Source of the DNA: Saccharolobus islandicus REY15A
GTDB lineage: Archaea; Thermoproteota; Thermoprotei_A; Sulfolobales; Sulfolobaceae
Assembly (NCBI RefSeq): GCF_000189555.1
Contig: NC_017276.1
Reading direction: 5' to 3' (one strand)
Length of the DNA: 64,000 nucleotides
The notes beneath the pieces are model-generated. The model saw nothing but the letters and a program-made list of their open reading frames with translations, was not told where the DNA came from and made no database searches. Of the stretch, positions 49,390-60,996 are shown piece by piece. Positions within the stretch are counted from its first letter, which is position 1; every line of letters begins with the position of its first letter. Position numbers and translations under genes: made by a program.

Positions 49390-51099
49390 GGTAGGTCTCA
49401 TTTTTTCTATATCCTTTCTTATTTTTTCTAGCTTGTCTTTAATCTCAGACTCAAATTCTGGTTCAAGTTTCTTGAAAAGTACTTTAACTTTCCCTATCTT
49501 GTGGCCATAGTTAATTGATAACTTTGAAGCAATATCCCATTTCTCATTCTCTATATTTCCCATATTTAACATATCATATATTTCTTGAGCATGTGAGGGC
49601 ATTAGCGGATATAATAAAATCGCTATCGTTTTCACTGAATTAACACCTATGTAAAGAGTGTTGTTCAATTCTACCTCTTTTCCCGCCTTATATAGATCCC
49701 AAGGAGCCTTCAAATTTAAGTACGCGTTACATTCCCTAACGAATCTCAACATTTCCTCAGTTCCAGCCTTTAATTTACCTTTCTCAAATAGATCTCCGAC
49801 AATTTTTGGAATCTCGTTAATTAGGCTGATGATTTTCTTATCATTATCATCAAGAGCGTCACTCCTAAACTCTGGTACAATCCCGTTATAATACCTATTT
49901 AACATACTAAGTATTCTGTTTACGTAATTTCCAATATCATCATTAAGTTCGGTATTTACTATTCTAACAGTTTCTCTCCAAGTGAAGTTAGTATCTTTCT
50001 CTTCCGGCCTTAATCTAATTAGGACAAATCTCCAGTATTCAACGTCCATTAGCTCTGGTGCTTCGTCAATCCATACTCCTATTTTTCTACTTTTACTGAA
50101 TTTTTGCCCCTCATATAACAAATATTCCGTAGCTGCTATCACATCTGGCAAGTGATATTCTTCACCCGAAGCCATGAGCATAGCTGGAAGGATTACAACG
50201 TGGAATGGGATATTATCTTTTCCTATGAAATAATAACTTTTTATATCGTTGCTAAACCAGTACTCTTTCCACTTTTCTACTTCACCCTTCTTTTCAAAAT
50301 ATTCAATTACAGCTGATATATAGCCCAAAAGAGCCTCAAACCATACATAAATTGATTTATCCTCAGCTCCTATAAAGGGTGCTGGTATACCCCATTTATT
50401 ATCCCTTGTGATACTTCTAGGCTTCAATCCTTCGCTAACCCATCCTAACGCAACCGACTTAACATTATCTGGCATTTCATTAGAGCTACTAATCCAACTT
50501 CTTATCTTTTCATTAAATTCTGATAAATCAAAGAACCAGTGTTTACTCTTCTTAAATATGGGTGCTTTTCCACAGATGCTACATTTTGGATTTACAAGTA
50601 AACTTGGAGTTAGTAATTTACCGCAATTGTCACACTGATCGCCTCTAGCGTCCTCAAAACCACAGTAAGGACACGTTCCTTTAACAAACCTATCAGGTAG
50701 ATATAATTTGTCATATTCACAAAATGGTATCTCATCTTCAGATACTTTGACATATTTAGTAAGCTTTAGTAAAAATTCTCTTACGAACTTCTTATGTGTC
50801 TCACTCTCAGTTCTGGTGTAGTTATCAAAACTTATCTTCCAGACGTTAAGAAAGAGATGCTTATCGTATTCATGGGCCTGATCAGTAAGCTCCTTTGGAT
50901 TTACCTTTCTCTTTATAGCTTCAATCTCTATTGGAGTTCCATGCTCATCGCTTCCACTTACAAATAGCACGTTTTCTTTACCATATTTTAGCCTTGCATA
51001 TCTGGCAAAGACGTCTGCTGATAGTATTGAACCTATTAAGTTCCCTAAATGTGGTACTGAATTTACATATGGCCATGCAGATGTAACAAGTACTTTCAT
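49378..51099 (-). CDS. metG: Methionyl-tRNA synthetase (no appended C-terminal tRNA-binding domain)
   Basis: [19 protein letters not shown], Zn knuckles, KFSKS; start moved to MKVLVTSAW. Confidence 0.96.
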   Translation of the reverse strand: MKVLVTSAWPYVNSVPHLGNLIGSILSADVFARYARLKYGKENVLFVSGSDEHGTPIEIEAIKRKVNPKELTDQAHEYDKHLFLNVWKISFDNYTRTESETHKKFVREFLLKLTKYVKVSEDEIPFCEYDKLYLPDRFVKGTCPYCGFEDARGDQCDNCGKLLTPSLLVNPKCSICGKAPIFKKSKHWFFDLSEFNEKIRSWISSSNEMPDNVKSVALGWVSEGLKPRSITRDNKWGIPAPFIGAEDKSIYVWFEALLGYISAVIEYFEKKGEVEKWKEYWFSNDIKSYYFIGKDNIPFHVVILPAMLMASGEEYHLPDVIAATEYLLYEGQKFSKSRKIGVWIDEAPELMDVEYWRFVLIRLRPEEKDTNFTWRETVRIVNTELNDDIGNYVNRILSMLNRYYNGIVPEFRSDALDDNDKKIISLINEIPKIVGDLFEKGKLKAGTEEMLRFVRECNAYLNLKAPWDLYKAGKEVELNNTLYIGVNSVKTIAILLYPLMPSHAQEIYDMLNMGNIENEKWDIASKLSINYGHKIGKVKVLFKKLEPEFESEIKDKLEKIRKDIEKMRPTLLK

Positions 51100-51160
51100 T
51101 ATATTTTGTGTTAAGAGCAAGTCTTTATTAAACATAACTAAACATACTATAAGTAAGGAA

Positions 51161-52084
51161 ATGGTATTAGACGTTAAGAAGTATCCTTTTATTAAAAGTC
51201 TTGAAGACGAACTTAAGAAATATGGAGGGGGAATTACATTATCGGATTTACTATTAAATAGCACTACACTCATAGACCAAGCTAAAGATAGGATACAAAA
51301 AGTTAAATCTGGTGAGGAACTTCCACATTACGTCTCCTATAATGAACCGGTACTCGTTTTTTACACAACATTACTTTCTCTAGCAATATTAAATGATCTT
51401 AGGCTTATTAGAAAATATGCACACATTGAAGCTAAACAATTCAAATCCTTACTTCAAAATGAGAATGAGGAGAATTTACTTGAAATCACTAAGTTATTAG
51501 ATCTGAAGATAAATAAATGTGATCAGATAAAATTTTCTTTGGAGAAAAAGAGACGGATAGTACAAAAGGAGTTTTGTGTTAATTTTATAGACTATCTGAA
51601 GTATACAAAAGGTCTTAGGGAGGATTGGAAGCTGAGTAAACAAGTCTTATATAAGGGATATGTATATTTGGATAAAAATCAACTAACAGATCTGATAGCT
51701 GAAAATATTAAGAATAAAATAGTTGAAATGATAAGACCACTGAATCTTAAAGAAATACCAGAAAAATTAAAGAGCTTAATAGAAAAGAAAGGAGTAGTTC
51801 CTCCATGTATAGAAAACATTTTAGGGAAGGAAAAGTTAAGCGAAGAGGAGATAAGGACTTTAATTACATTTTATATTAACATAGGTAAGGGATTAGGTAG
51901 CATAATAGCAATTATGAAAAAATGGAACGTTACAAACATCGAGGACTTATACAAGAAATATAGAGGAGATAAGGAGACGAGGTATATCGTTTATTCATGT
52001 GCTAGGATGAAGCAATTAGGTTTGTGCGTAAGTAATTGTAACGTTAAAAATCCCTTGCAGCTCTACTTCCTTAGTAAAGAATAG
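51161..52084 (+). CDS. priL: DNA primase large subunit
   Basis: PPCIE and [18 protein letters not shown] Fe-S cysteines. Confidence 0.92.
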   Translation: MVLDVKKYPFIKSLEDELKKYGGGITLSDLLLNSTTLIDQAKDRIQKVKSGEELPHYVSYNEPVLVFYTTLLSLAILNDLRLIRKYAHIEAKQFKSLLQNENEENLLEITKLLDLKINKCDQIKFSLEKKRRIVQKEFCVNFIDYLKYTKGLREDWKLSKQVLYKGYVYLDKNQLTDLIAENIKNKIVEMIRPLNLKEIPEKLKSLIEKKGVVPPCIENILGKEKLSEEEIRTLITFYINIGKGLGSIIAIMKKWNVTNIEDLYKKYRGDKETRYIVYSCARMKQLGLCVSNCNVKNPLQLYFLSKE

Positions 52085-52641
52085 ACAGCGTGAAACCTCT
52101 GGATCACTGTGATCGCAGTGAGTAACATGAATAGATAAAATACATATAAGGAGATCTGTTTACTAACTATTAGATAAAGTAAGAGAATTATAAATACAAA
52201 TATTATTCTTTCGCCTCTCTCTATTATTCCTCTACCCTCAATTTTTAACCCAAGTGATTCAGCCTTAGCTCTAATATATGAAATTGTCAGTGATAATCCG
52301 ACAGTTATCGCAACAAGATACGAGGTAAATCCCAAGAATATGAAAGCAGAGATGTAAAGAATATCCTCTATTCTGTCTAATGTGGAATCTAAGAAACTCC
52401 CTAGGGGAGATGCAGTATTTGATACTCTTGCTACTTCTCCATCTATTCCGTCCATTATTGCTGAAATTACCAAAAATACTATTCCTAATGCAATATTAGT
52501 TCTCATGATTTCAAAGTAGTATATGATTGCAAATATTAATCCTAGTAACGTAATAACATTTGCGCCTACCCCAAATTTGGCTAATGTTTTCGCTAACGGT
52601 TCTATTATTCTTTTTATTTGCCTCCTTATTCTGGTTAACAT
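52063..52641 (-). CDS. pgsA: CDP-alcohol phosphatidyltransferase (archaetidylinositol phosphate synthase-like)
   Basis: DGIDGEVAR...[13 protein letters not shown] signature. Confidence 0.88.
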   Translation of the reverse strand: MLTRIRRQIKRIIEPLAKTLAKFGVGANVITLLGLIFAIIYYFEIMRTNIALGIVFLVISAIMDGIDGEVARVSNTASPLGSFLDSTLDRIEDILYISAFIFLGFTSYLVAITVGLSLTISYIRAKAESLGLKIEGRGIIERGERIIFVFIILLLYLIVSKQISLYVFYLFMLLTAITVIQRFHAVYSLLRK

Positions 52642-52684
52642 GGTAACCACTACTATTTTAAACCCTTTTAACTAGTGATACGGG

Positions 52685-52996
52685 ATGACAGCTAAAAAAT
52701 TGATTCTGGTAACCTCTGAATCCCACCCCTTACACAAAGTATTTATGGAAACTTTGGATGAGCTCTCAAAGGAACTAAACTTAGAAAAAGAAGTTAAAAC
52801 GGAAGATTACGCATTTCTAGCGGATTATGGCGAAAAGGACGAATTCGATATGCCATTTCTTCCCCAATTATTAGTCCAAACAGACGATGGGAAAATAATC
52901 CCCATACTAACTAAGATGCCATTCGATGCTAGCCTAAAGCCGGATAAGAAAGCAGGAAAAGAAGAGGCTATTAAAAAAATTAAAAACCTAGAATGA
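52685..52996 (+). CDS. Hypothetical protein, possible thioredoxin-like fold without CxxC
   Basis: beta-(SESH)-alpha-beta...LPQLLV pattern; this is inference only. Confidence 0.65.
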   Translation: MTAKKLILVTSESHPLHKVFMETLDELSKELNLEKEVKTEDYAFLADYGEKDEFDMPFLPQLLVQTDDGKIIPILTKMPFDASLKPDKKAGKEEAIKKIKNLE

Positions 52997-53023
52997 GATA
53001 GGATTATTTTGAAGTGAGAAGTT

Positions 53024-53509
53024 TTGAGTTACGTACCGCATGTTCCTTATGTACCAACGCCAGAAAAAGTTGTAAGAAGAATGCTAGAAATAGCTAAAGT
53101 CTCTCAAGACGATATAGTATATGATTTAGGATGTGGAGATGGAAGGATAATAATAACAGCAGCAAAAGATTTTAACGTAAAGAAGGCTGTAGGTGTAGAA
53201 ATTAACGATGAGAGAATAAGGGAGGCATTAGCTAACATTGAGAAAAATGGTGTAACGGGAAGAGCTTCAATAGTAAAAGGTAATTTCTTCGAGGTCGATA
53301 TTTCGGAGGCTACTGTAGTTACAATGTTCCTTTTAACAAATGTTAATGAGATGCTAAAACCAAAGCTCGAGAAAGAGCTTAAACCAGGAACTAGAGTGGT
53401 TTCCCACGAATTTGAAATAAGGGGTTGGAATCCAAAGGAAGTAATAAAAGTTGAAGATGGAAATATGAACCATACAGTGTATCTCTATGTAATTGGTGAA
53501 CATAAATGA
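53024..53509 (+). CDS. Protein-lysine N-methyltransferase aKMT
   Basis: VPYVPTP, YDLGCGDGR, GNFF, VVSHEF; lies next to PolB1 as in Sulfolobales. Confidence 0.88.
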   Translation: MSYVPHVPYVPTPEKVVRRMLEIAKVSQDDIVYDLGCGDGRIIITAAKDFNVKKAVGVEINDERIREALANIEKNGVTGRASIVKGNFFEVDISEATVVTMFLLTNVNEMLKPKLEKELKPGTRVVSHEFEIRGWNPKEVIKVEDGNMNHTVYLYVIGEHK

Positions 53510-53940
53510 AAATTTTGATAGTAAAAAGTGAGAATGGAAAGGTGACATCGGAAAAGATAACTGAAGGGGAAATTAGTAAAGTATTACGAGATGTTGCTAA
53601 AGAGGCATTGGAAGAATGGAATGAACTAGCTTCAGATTTTATAATTATGCGTGATAATCAAGAAGTAAGATTACCCCTTCCGTTAAAACCTGACGTTTAT
53701 GAAGCAATAAAGACTTTTCTTATTGGTAAGGATAAAAAAGAAGCCATTGCAAAAATTCCAGTGTACATAATAAGCTATGAGAATGAATGGAAAGAAAGTG
53801 ATTTTCAAGATAAGAAGATCTATGTTGTGTCATTTTATATTAATGACGAAATAACGAAAGGTGTATTAAACGATGCAGCTCAAATGACTAGTGAGCAGAA
53901 ACAAGAACTAGAAGAAGAGGAAGATTTAGAGGAAGAATAA
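53506..53940 (+). CDS. Crenarchaeal conserved protein (DUF2286-like) with acidic tail
   Basis: MKILIVKSENGKV...IPVYIISYEN; ATGA overlap with aKMT. Confidence 0.7.
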   Translation: MKILIVKSENGKVTSEKITEGEISKVLRDVAKEALEEWNELASDFIIMRDNQEVRLPLPLKPDVYEAIKTFLIGKDKKEAIAKIPVYIISYENEWKESDFQDKKIYVVSFYINDEITKGVLNDAAQMTSEQKQELEEEEDLEEE

Positions 53941-53959
53941 AAAATGAGTTAAAATTTTC

Positions 53960-54018
53960 TAACCCTTCCTACCTTAAAGGGTTAAAGAAGGGCATTCTCG
54001 TAAAAACCTTCTAGGTTT
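53960..54018. terminator. Two inverted repeats in the convergent gap
   Basis: TAACCCTT(53960-67)/AAGGGTTA(53977-84) and AAACCT(54004-09)/AGGTTT(54013-18). Confidence 0.35.
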
Positions 54019-54019
54019 G

Positions 54020-56671
54020 TTAATTATTCCCTTTTCCTCCTGTGAATGAAAAGAACGAATCTATCGACATTGTAGCTGCTATTTCATCCCAAGATACTCC
54101 AAATGCTTTTAGGATTTGTTCAAATGTACTTCTTAAAGCTTCTAAATATTTCTCCACATCTATTTCAGTGACTTTAGCTAGTTGCACTGGTTTTACTCCA
54201 TCTTTTGATCTAACCTTAACATAATATATCACATCCCTGGGTAGGACGTTAACTCCAAAAGGTCTAAGTTGTAGAGCTGCTTTTACATGTTGGGGAGTGT
54301 TCTTTTTATACGCATCTAAAGGCTTGGATAACATCACCTTAAATGCTAATTCATCTAAATTGTATCCCTTATTCTTTAGCTTTTCATATGATCCTTTAAT
54401 TACGTCTACTATTTTCCCTTTAATCTCCTTTACATCATTTGGCGAGTTTATTGAAACCATTAGCTCCTTTACATCATTAAATACCTTTTTTACGAATTCT
54501 GGCGTATTTCTCTTCTTCACTAACATCCCCTTTATGTCGACCTTCCCATCTGGATATACTCCAAAGTAATTCTTCTTCAGTCCAGAAAACGCAACAAACT
54601 TATAGGTTTTATCAACTTCCAAATCTAAATTGAAATTAGTCTTAACCCATTTTATAATATTCTCTAGACTATCCTTAGGAGGATTAAGGAGAAATAACGA
54701 ATCAGTATCACCATATAGTACAGTTAAACCTTCTTCCCTAGCTTTCTTCACAGTGCTGGTAATCACATATCTGCCTAACGCAGTAACACTCTCTGCTACG
54801 GCTGGTGCATATAACGGAAATGTCTCAGCCCCAAATACACCATAAGTAGCGTTTATAAAGACTTTCATTGCTCTCTGTACCACATCATAGAGTAGTTTCT
54901 GTTCCTCAGTATTATTAGGGTTCTTCGCTTTCTTTTTGTATATTTTTACTCTGAAGTCTCTTAGTAACCCAGTTATTACTGCAGTTATACCTGGTCTATC
55001 CATACAAACTATATGTAGTACCTCACCGGTTTCATCTTTTACTTCATAAGGTTTCTTGCATTGTTGTATGTCTACAGTCTCATAACTAAGATTCCATGTT
55101 CTAATTATTGATGGATATAGTGAGGCAAAATCTAAAACGGTTATGTTAAAGAATATTCCAGCTGGAGGGTCTATAACTACTGCGCCTTTATAACCCTTCC
55201 CTTTTATTAGTGCAGCGGTTCTAATGTTTGAGGATTTTGCTAATATTTCTTCTTTAAGGGGAATTAGCCAATTTCTTTTTCTATGTTCCCAATAGTATAA
55301 ATTTTTTACCCATGTAGAGATTTCTGTTCTCGTTAATTCCTCTATTCCTAGTCTGGAAATCCTTGAAAATAGTATGATTAGCTTCATAGTTAGGTCGTTA
55401 TTAAATGTTGTAAGCTGAAGTGTTATCTCAGCGTCCCTAAAGTTATATTCTATCAATTTTTCTACATCCAAGAAAGATATTAGCGTATCCACCTTAACTT
55501 TTGATATACCCAATAAGGCCTTCGCTACAGCATCCAAATTATATTCATTATACTTACCCTCAAACGCATAATTTCTTACTGCCTTGTTAAAGAAGAATTT
55601 ATATAAATCTATATGAAGACCGGCTAAGTACTTACCTTCATCCTTACTGGCAACGTCTATGGGGATTTCTTCTGGGAAATAGCCTAACTTTAACGCCCTA
55701 AAGTAGATATAGGGTAAATCGAAATCATCTCCATTGAATGTAAGAACTACTGGGTATTCTAGCAATATGGCAAAAAATCTCTCTAATAATTCATACTCTG
55801 TATTGAATCTCTCAACTGATATTCCTTCTAGTTTTACATTTCCTTCATTAACATCGTTTCTATTTAATACAAGAACCTTTCTTAACCCATCACTTCCTGC
55901 TAACGCAATACTTATAATTGGAAACTCTGCTTTCTGAGAATCTGGAATCCTACCCTTAACTGGTGTATACACCTCAATATCTATGGCAACCCTCTTTATT
56001 TTAGGTATTTCAGTTTCGAATATGGGAAGCCAATCAACTGCCATTTGTCTAGTCATCTCATCTGAATCAGCAAAGGCTTTCTTAATCTCCTCAACGTCCT
56101 TTTCGTCCAAAGACAAAGAAATACTTTCTAACTTTCCGTTCTTAACAATATAAGGCATACCTGGAATTAGACCTATGTCATACATATAATTATTGAAATA
56201 TTTTATGTGAGCCTCATATGCTTTTGGAACATCGTTCCTTAATCTTCTTACCGCTAAGGGATCTCTAACAACAATTTTAGTCAATTTAAATTTATTCCAA
56301 GTATATGGGTCTGTCTTAGTCACAGTCTCTATATGATCAAATGATGGATCTCTAACTATTTTGGGTACTTTACCTACTTTATCTGGTTCAAGATCTACTA
56401 GAAAGTATGGCTTATGCCCAGTATTATCATATAAGGCATAGATTTTTTGAGTTTCTTTATCGAATAATTTACATACAGCCTTACCTTTCTTACCATCATA
56501 ATCTACTTGCAATAGGAAATATATCTTATTTTCTTGAGCCTCTTTAAGCCATTCCCTTCTAGTTATTCTTTTTTCCTCAACGGGAGGGCTAGGTTGCGAT
56601 TGTTGAGTATTTTGTTCACTCTTGGCGGGTTTAGATGAAGGAATATCAAATAAGGTAAGTTGCTTACTCAT
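54020..56671 (-). CDS. dpo1: Family B DNA polymerase PolB1 (Dpo1)
   Basis: [38 protein letters not shown]; no intein. Confidence 0.97.
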   Translation of the reverse strand: MSKQLTLFDIPSSKPAKSEQNTQQSQPSPPVEEKRITRREWLKEAQENKIYFLLQVDYDGKKGKAVCKLFDKETQKIYALYDNTGHKPYFLVDLEPDKVGKVPKIVRDPSFDHIETVTKTDPYTWNKFKLTKIVVRDPLAVRRLRNDVPKAYEAHIKYFNNYMYDIGLIPGMPYIVKNGKLESISLSLDEKDVEEIKKAFADSDEMTRQMAVDWLPIFETEIPKIKRVAIDIEVYTPVKGRIPDSQKAEFPIISIALAGSDGLRKVLVLNRNDVNEGNVKLEGISVERFNTEYELLERFFAILLEYPVVLTFNGDDFDLPYIYFRALKLGYFPEEIPIDVASKDEGKYLAGLHIDLYKFFFNKAVRNYAFEGKYNEYNLDAVAKALLGISKVKVDTLISFLDVEKLIEYNFRDAEITLQLTTFNNDLTMKLIILFSRISRLGIEELTRTEISTWVKNLYYWEHRKRNWLIPLKEEILAKSSNIRTAALIKGKGYKGAVVIDPPAGIFFNITVLDFASLYPSIIRTWNLSYETVDIQQCKKPYEVKDETGEVLHIVCMDRPGITAVITGLLRDFRVKIYKKKAKNPNNTEEQKLLYDVVQRAMKVFINATYGVFGAETFPLYAPAVAESVTALGRYVITSTVKKAREEGLTVLYGDTDSLFLLNPPKDSLENIIKWVKTNFNLDLEVDKTYKFVAFSGLKKNYFGVYPDGKVDIKGMLVKKRNTPEFVKKVFNDVKELMVSINSPNDVKEIKGKIVDVIKGSYEKLKNKGYNLDELAFKVMLSKPLDAYKKNTPQHVKAALQLRPFGVNVLPRDVIYYVKVRSKDGVKPVQLAKVTEIDVEKYLEALRSTFEQILKAFGVSWDEIAATMSIDSFFSFTGGKGNN

Positions 56672-56825
56672 TTTCTAACATATATAATTTTCTGAGAAAT
56701 ACGCTATAAGTTTTAATGCGGAAGGCCGATTAAAGTCTAATCATACCTTTAGATAATTTTAATCGTTTCTAATTCATAATCACTCAGTGATTCGCATTGC
56801 GGTGATATGATGAAAGCAATCAAAT

Positions 56826-56899
56826 GGGAGGGCCGTAGCGTTGTCCTCGACAGAGCCCCAAAGGGTTAGGCTAGTGATCCCTCACAAGGGGCTAACCTC
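56826..56899. other. GC-rich structured island (candidate ncRNA or IS200/IS605-end relic)
   Basis: 45/74 GC (61%); hairpin CCCCT-caca-AGGGG extended by GGTTAG/CTAACC; GGGC/GCCC stem enclosing TGTC-ctc-GACA. Confidence 0.45.
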
Positions 56900-57119
56900 A
56901 AGTCACAGAATTAGAAATATCGAGAACCAATTGGAAACACCGTGAGTAGGGAAACGCTAAATATTCATTTCATGAAGAATGTGAGTCTAAAGAGTTCCAA
57001 ATTTTATGAGGTTACAGTCACGTTCATCTCATTATTTCTTAAGAGATGCATCTTAGATCTTAGTAAACATTATTAATATGCATGAGAAAGGAAACACCAG
57101 ATACAGTACAATACTTTGA

Positions 57120-57194
57120 GGACCCGTAGCTCAGCCAGGACGGAGCGCCGGCCTGCGGAGCCGGCGATCCCGGGTTCAAATCCCGGCGGGTCCG
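57120..57194 (+). tRNA. tRNA-Arg(GCG), no intron, CCA not encoded
   Basis: Acceptor GGACCCG/CGGGTCC, anticodon arm CCGGC-CTGCGGA-GCCGG, T arm CCGGG-TTCAAAT-CCCGG. Confidence 0.96.
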
Positions 57195-57200
57195 CACAAG

Positions 57201-57701
57201 TCATTTTCTGAGGATTTTTTCGATAATTTCCTTCTCGATCTTCTTTATTTCCTCTTCGTCTTTATTTCTATATGCTTCCAGAAGCTCCTTATTCAATTCT
57301 ATGAAAGTATGACCCCACTTTACTACATTAGAGAACTTTATAGCCTCTTTCACCTCATCAAGAATATATAATGTAGCCATTAACGCCTCGAGAGATGACA
57401 GTTTGTAGGCTATACCATAATGTATTGGATTTCCGGCAAACAGAATTGGTAATCTCCTATGCTCTCCTCTTACATTTATAAATTCGTTTTGTGATGTATT
57501 ATTCCATGAAGTGTCGATAATCGTTATACCACTCTTTATTAATATATCTTTGTCATTTATGGATAAGGTTCTTTCAGAGAAGGGATTAAGAATTATACCC
57601 CTACCTACTCTCGTAAGTTCAGCAAGTTTAAGTTTGACTAACTTCCTACCGGTACATTTCTTTGGATCATCTTTATGATAGTCTATAACATATACCTTCA
57701 T
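57201..57701 (-). CDS. tsr3: 16S rRNA aminocarboxypropyltransferase Tsr3
   Basis: [38 protein letters not shown]. Confidence 0.93.
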   Translation of the reverse strand: MKVYVIDYHKDDPKKCTGRKLVKLKLAELTRVGRGIILNPFSERTLSINDKDILIKSGITIIDTSWNNTSQNEFINVRGEHRRLPILFAGNPIHYGIAYKLSSLEALMATLYILDEVKEAIKFSNVVKWGHTFIELNKELLEAYRNKDEEEIKKIEKEIIEKILRK

Positions 57702-57860
57702 TGGTTTCCTAAGTGAATTTTTGTTTCCCTATATTAATAAATATAGCGAACTTCACGAGTTTGATTCTACTCTAAAATTCTATATAAGATAAATCTTTGT
57801 TAGTAGTATCTTGTATTAGAAGAGTATTTTAGCAAAATATCACAATTAAGTTGAGAGAGA

Positions 57861-58805
57861 CTATGAATTCTTTATTTGTTGTGAATCTTGTTGCTTCTTA
57901 ACTATAAGTTCTTGTCTTAGTTTTAATAACCTTTTTAATGCATCCGATTTTATTTTTCTCCAATCCTCGTTTATGCCAACTTTTAATCTTGCTAATACTA
58001 TTACGTGATCCTTATCGCTTTGCTCATTTATATACGGTCCTTCTATTACGTTAAAGTCTTTCAATTCCTCTTTAACTAGATTTTCTAAATTACTGATATC
58101 TACGAAAGTTAACGGAAACTCTGCCCTCACATTAATAACTTGTTCTTCAGAGTATTTCGAAGTGTAATCTAGAACTGCTGAGTTCAGTAATACAATATTT
58201 GGTACTCTTAATTCTCTTAAATTCTCTAATAGAATTCTGGAATAAAATAAATCTATCTCGACGACTGTACCTTTATATCCTTGTTCTATAAAGTCTGTTG
58301 AAAAATACTTATATGCTGGGAATTGTGCAGGATAGAATGGTACTTGTGTGGAAACAATCCTTATTTTATCCCCAACAGTAATATATCCAGTTAACATTAT
58401 TAATAAACCAGCAAAAAAGTTACTCAAGACTGGTTGTAGAGCAAGACCTACAATTAGACCAGCAAAAGTGCTTCCGGCAATCAGTGTAGAAGAACTAACT
58501 CCTAAGGGCAATAGTATTAGTAGTAGAACAAGCACATACCCAAAGTACTTTACACTGTTTGCTATTACATTAGCCCTTATGCCGAGTCTCTTTTGCGAAT
58601 AAACCCTTATGGCTTCTGCTATGGACGAGACTATCCATAAGCCTATAAATATGTATAAGACTATCCTAAGATAGAAAATTACCGAACTGATCGTCGATTG
58701 GTTGGTTATTCCAAGTCCTTGTAAAATGTATGGAATTATAAAGTTTAATACAACTACTAAAAAGGACAAAAATATTAGTATGGCAAAACGTAAACTTAAT
58801 CGCAT
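57861..58805 (-). CDS. mscS: MscS-family mechanosensitive channel
   Basis: TM helices, GLALQPVLSNFFAG, VGDKI, G.V.EI, VPN. Confidence 0.9.
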   Translation of the reverse strand: MRLSLRFAILIFLSFLVVVLNFIIPYILQGLGITNQSTISSVIFYLRIVLYIFIGLWIVSSIAEAIRVYSQKRLGIRANVIANSVKYFGYVLVLLLILLPLGVSSSTLIAGSTFAGLIVGLALQPVLSNFFAGLLIMLTGYITVGDKIRIVSTQVPFYPAQFPAYKYFSTDFIEQGYKGTVVEIDLFYSRILLENLRELRVPNIVLLNSAVLDYTSKYSEEQVINVRAEFPLTFVDISNLENLVKEELKDFNVIEGPYINEQSDKDHVIVLARLKVGINEDWRKIKSDALKRLLKLRQELIVKKQQDSQQIKNS

Positions 58806-58933
58806 CTCTATTTACTACTTCCACCTAGATTTAAATGTCTACACACTGGAAAGTTATAACGTTATTCAACGAGATTTTTGAGCATAAAGCTTAGCAACTG
58901 CTAATTGTTAAGGATTTAAACTTCAACAGCATA

Positions 58934-59719
58934 ATGTTATTAGAGGCTCAAAAATTGATCTTTGACATATTTAGGAAAGACAAAAGTGAGGAGGTTAAGC
59001 AGCCATTTTACGCTGATGAGTACGGAGAATGGTTAGTCGTCTCTCATAATAAACCATTAGTATATATTTCAAATATTTTACAGAAATCAATCAAGAAAGC
59101 TGGATTAAAGAACCATGATTTATACGTGATTCAATATACTGAAGATGAAAAAATAAGAAATTTAGTTAGTCTGAAGGGCATGATTTGTAGCAACGGCAAT
59201 GTAAAAGAGCTTGATTTGGCTAATGCAATAAAAAATTCCTTGAGCGATAATCTTACAGTTGGCGAAATGAAGATATTTAAATTGAAGATTTGTGGCATTC
59301 TCTTTATATTCTTCTATATAGACGTTATAGTTAGAAATCTGAAAGAAACACGAGGTAGTGTAAAACTCCTCTTTCCACCAATGGGTGTAAACTTATATGA
59401 GATACCCTACACTCTCCAATCACTAATAAAGAACGTAATAGAAAAAACCCTTGGGATTAGTTGTAGTGTTTCTGAAATAGATACTGGCGATGGTACCAGA
59501 CTTAAGGCAATAGCTGAGTGTAGGATACAACAGACCTTAGAGTCAATTGAATCATTAAGGAAAGCATTAGAATATTTTAGCCTTTCTGAGCCTAAGATTT
59601 CCTTAAATAGGACGAGTGTCAAGCAAATTGAGTTGCAGATCTTTATAAATCAGTTAAAGACTAAGACATTAATACCTCTAATTTGGGATCGTTTTATTAT
59701 CGATTCTCTGCGTTGCTAA
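58934..59719 (+). CDS. Hypothetical protein, 261 aa
   Basis: Long ORF co-directional with pgk (29-nt gap); no motif recognised. Confidence 0.72.
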   Translation: MLLEAQKLIFDIFRKDKSEEVKQPFYADEYGEWLVVSHNKPLVYISNILQKSIKKAGLKNHDLYVIQYTEDEKIRNLVSLKGMICSNGNVKELDLANAIKNSLSDNLTVGEMKIFKLKICGILFIFFYIDVIVRNLKETRGSVKLLFPPMGVNLYEIPYTLQSLIKNVIEKTLGISCSVSEIDTGDGTRLKAIAECRIQQTLESIESLRKALEYFSLSEPKISLNRTSVKQIELQIFINQLKTKTLIPLIWDRFIIDSLRC

Positions 59720-59748
59720 AAGTTATTACCCTAAAATTCAGTATATAA

Positions 59749-60996
59749 GTGGGGATCTTTCTGATCAAAGTGGGAGATCTAACTATACCCACAATGGACG
59801 ATATAGATATAAGATCTAAGAAAGTTCTATTACGTATTGATATAAATTCGCCTGTCGATGAAAACGGCAAAATAATCGATGACTCTAGAATAAAGGCACA
59901 TATTGGGACTATAAAGGAACTAGCAGATAAGGGTAACTCTATCGTGCTAATTTCACATCAAGGTAGGCCTGGGGATAAGGATTTCATAAGTCTAGAGGAG
60001 CATACTAAATTAATCTCAAAGTATTTAGATCGAGAAGTAGTTTTCGTAGAAGACGTAATAGGTCCATATGCTAGAGAAATGATCAAAAAACTAGAAAATA
60101 ATGGAATTTTGCTTTTAGATAATATAAGACTAATCTCAGAGGAGTTAATAGAGGCTCCGCCACAACAACATGTAAAAACCTTTTTAGTAAGGAAATTAGC
60201 CCCACTTTTTGACGTTTATGTCAATGACGCATTTGCTACTTCACATAGAAGTCAGCCGAGTATTGTAGGCTTTCCTCTAGCTTTACCATCAGCTGCAGGA
60301 AGAGTAATGGAAAGGGAAGTTTCAGCTTTAGCTAGAATTTTTAATGCTGAAGATACACCAAAAATATTTACATTAGGTGGCGGGAAGGTTCACGACACTA
60401 TTAGAATAATTGAAAATCTAGTGAGAAAAAGGATAGCAGATAGAATACTTACTGGTGGTCTCGTTGCAGAACTGTTTTCTGTTGCTAAGGGAATAAATCT
60501 AAATCCAAAGAATATGGAAATTTTGGAAAAATTAGGTATTTTGAGCTTAATTCCTAGAGCTAGAAAACTACTTCTAAGCGGGGCTCCCATCGAAATACCA
60601 GTTGATTACAAGGTAGAAATAAACGGAAACGTAATGGAGGAACCAGCTAGCAAGATTACTGGTGTGATAAAGGATATCGGATCTACTACTGCGGAAATAT
60701 ACTCATCATTTATAAAAGATGCTAAAGTAGTAGTTTTAAGGGGACCAATGGGAGTAATCGAGGATGAAAGATTTAAGAGTGGAAGTAAAAGCGTCTTGAA
60801 GGCGTCATTGGAGGGTCAAGGTTATGTTATAATAGGGGGTGGACATATGATAAGTGCTTTAGATAAGGATATGAAGATCGATAGTAGTAAAGTTCATATA
60901 TCTACTGGTGGAGGTGCTCTTCTCTTATTCTTATCTGGAGAACGGTTACCCGCATTAGAAGCATTATCAATGTCGGTGGTGAATAGTAGTGATTAG
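59749..60996 (+). CDS. pgk: Phosphoglycerate kinase
   Basis: [32 protein letters not shown]. Confidence 0.97.
   Translation: MGIFLIKVGDLTIPTMDDIDIRSKKVLLRIDINSPVDENGKIIDDSRIKAHIGTIKELADKGNSIVLISHQGRPGDKDFISLEEHTKLISKYLDREVVFVEDVIGPYAREMIKKLENNGILLLDNIRLISEELIEAPPQQHVKTFLVRKLAPLFDVYVNDAFATSHRSQPSIVGFPLALPSAAGRVMEREVSALARIFNAEDTPKIFTLGGGKVHDTIRIIENLVRKRIADRILTGGLVAELFSVAKGINLNPKNMEILEKLGILSLIPRARKLLLSGAPIEIPVDYKVEINGNVMEEPASKITGVIKDIGSTTAEIYSSFIKDAKVVVLRGPMGVIEDERFKSGSKSVLKASLEGQGYVIIGGGHMISALDKDMKIDSSKVHISTGGGALLLFLSGERLPALEALSMSVVNSSD

Noticed and set aside
54020-56671. Intein or split gene in PolB1, and likewise in AtpA
   Set aside because: Lengths (883 and 592 aa) and continuous motifs fit uninterrupted proteins.
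56807-56860. C/D-box sRNA starting at ATGATGA
   Set aside because: No CTGA D box at a suitable distance and no convincing C'/D' boxes.
56972-57076. 34-aa ORF MKNVSLKSS… upstream of the tRNA
   Set aside because: No SD or motif; a length expected by chance in AT-rich intergenic DNA.
57120-57200. tRNA-Arg as an integration site for a virus or plasmid
   Set aside because: No duplicated tRNA half (att site) and no integrase fragment seen; tsr3 ends 6 nt downstream.
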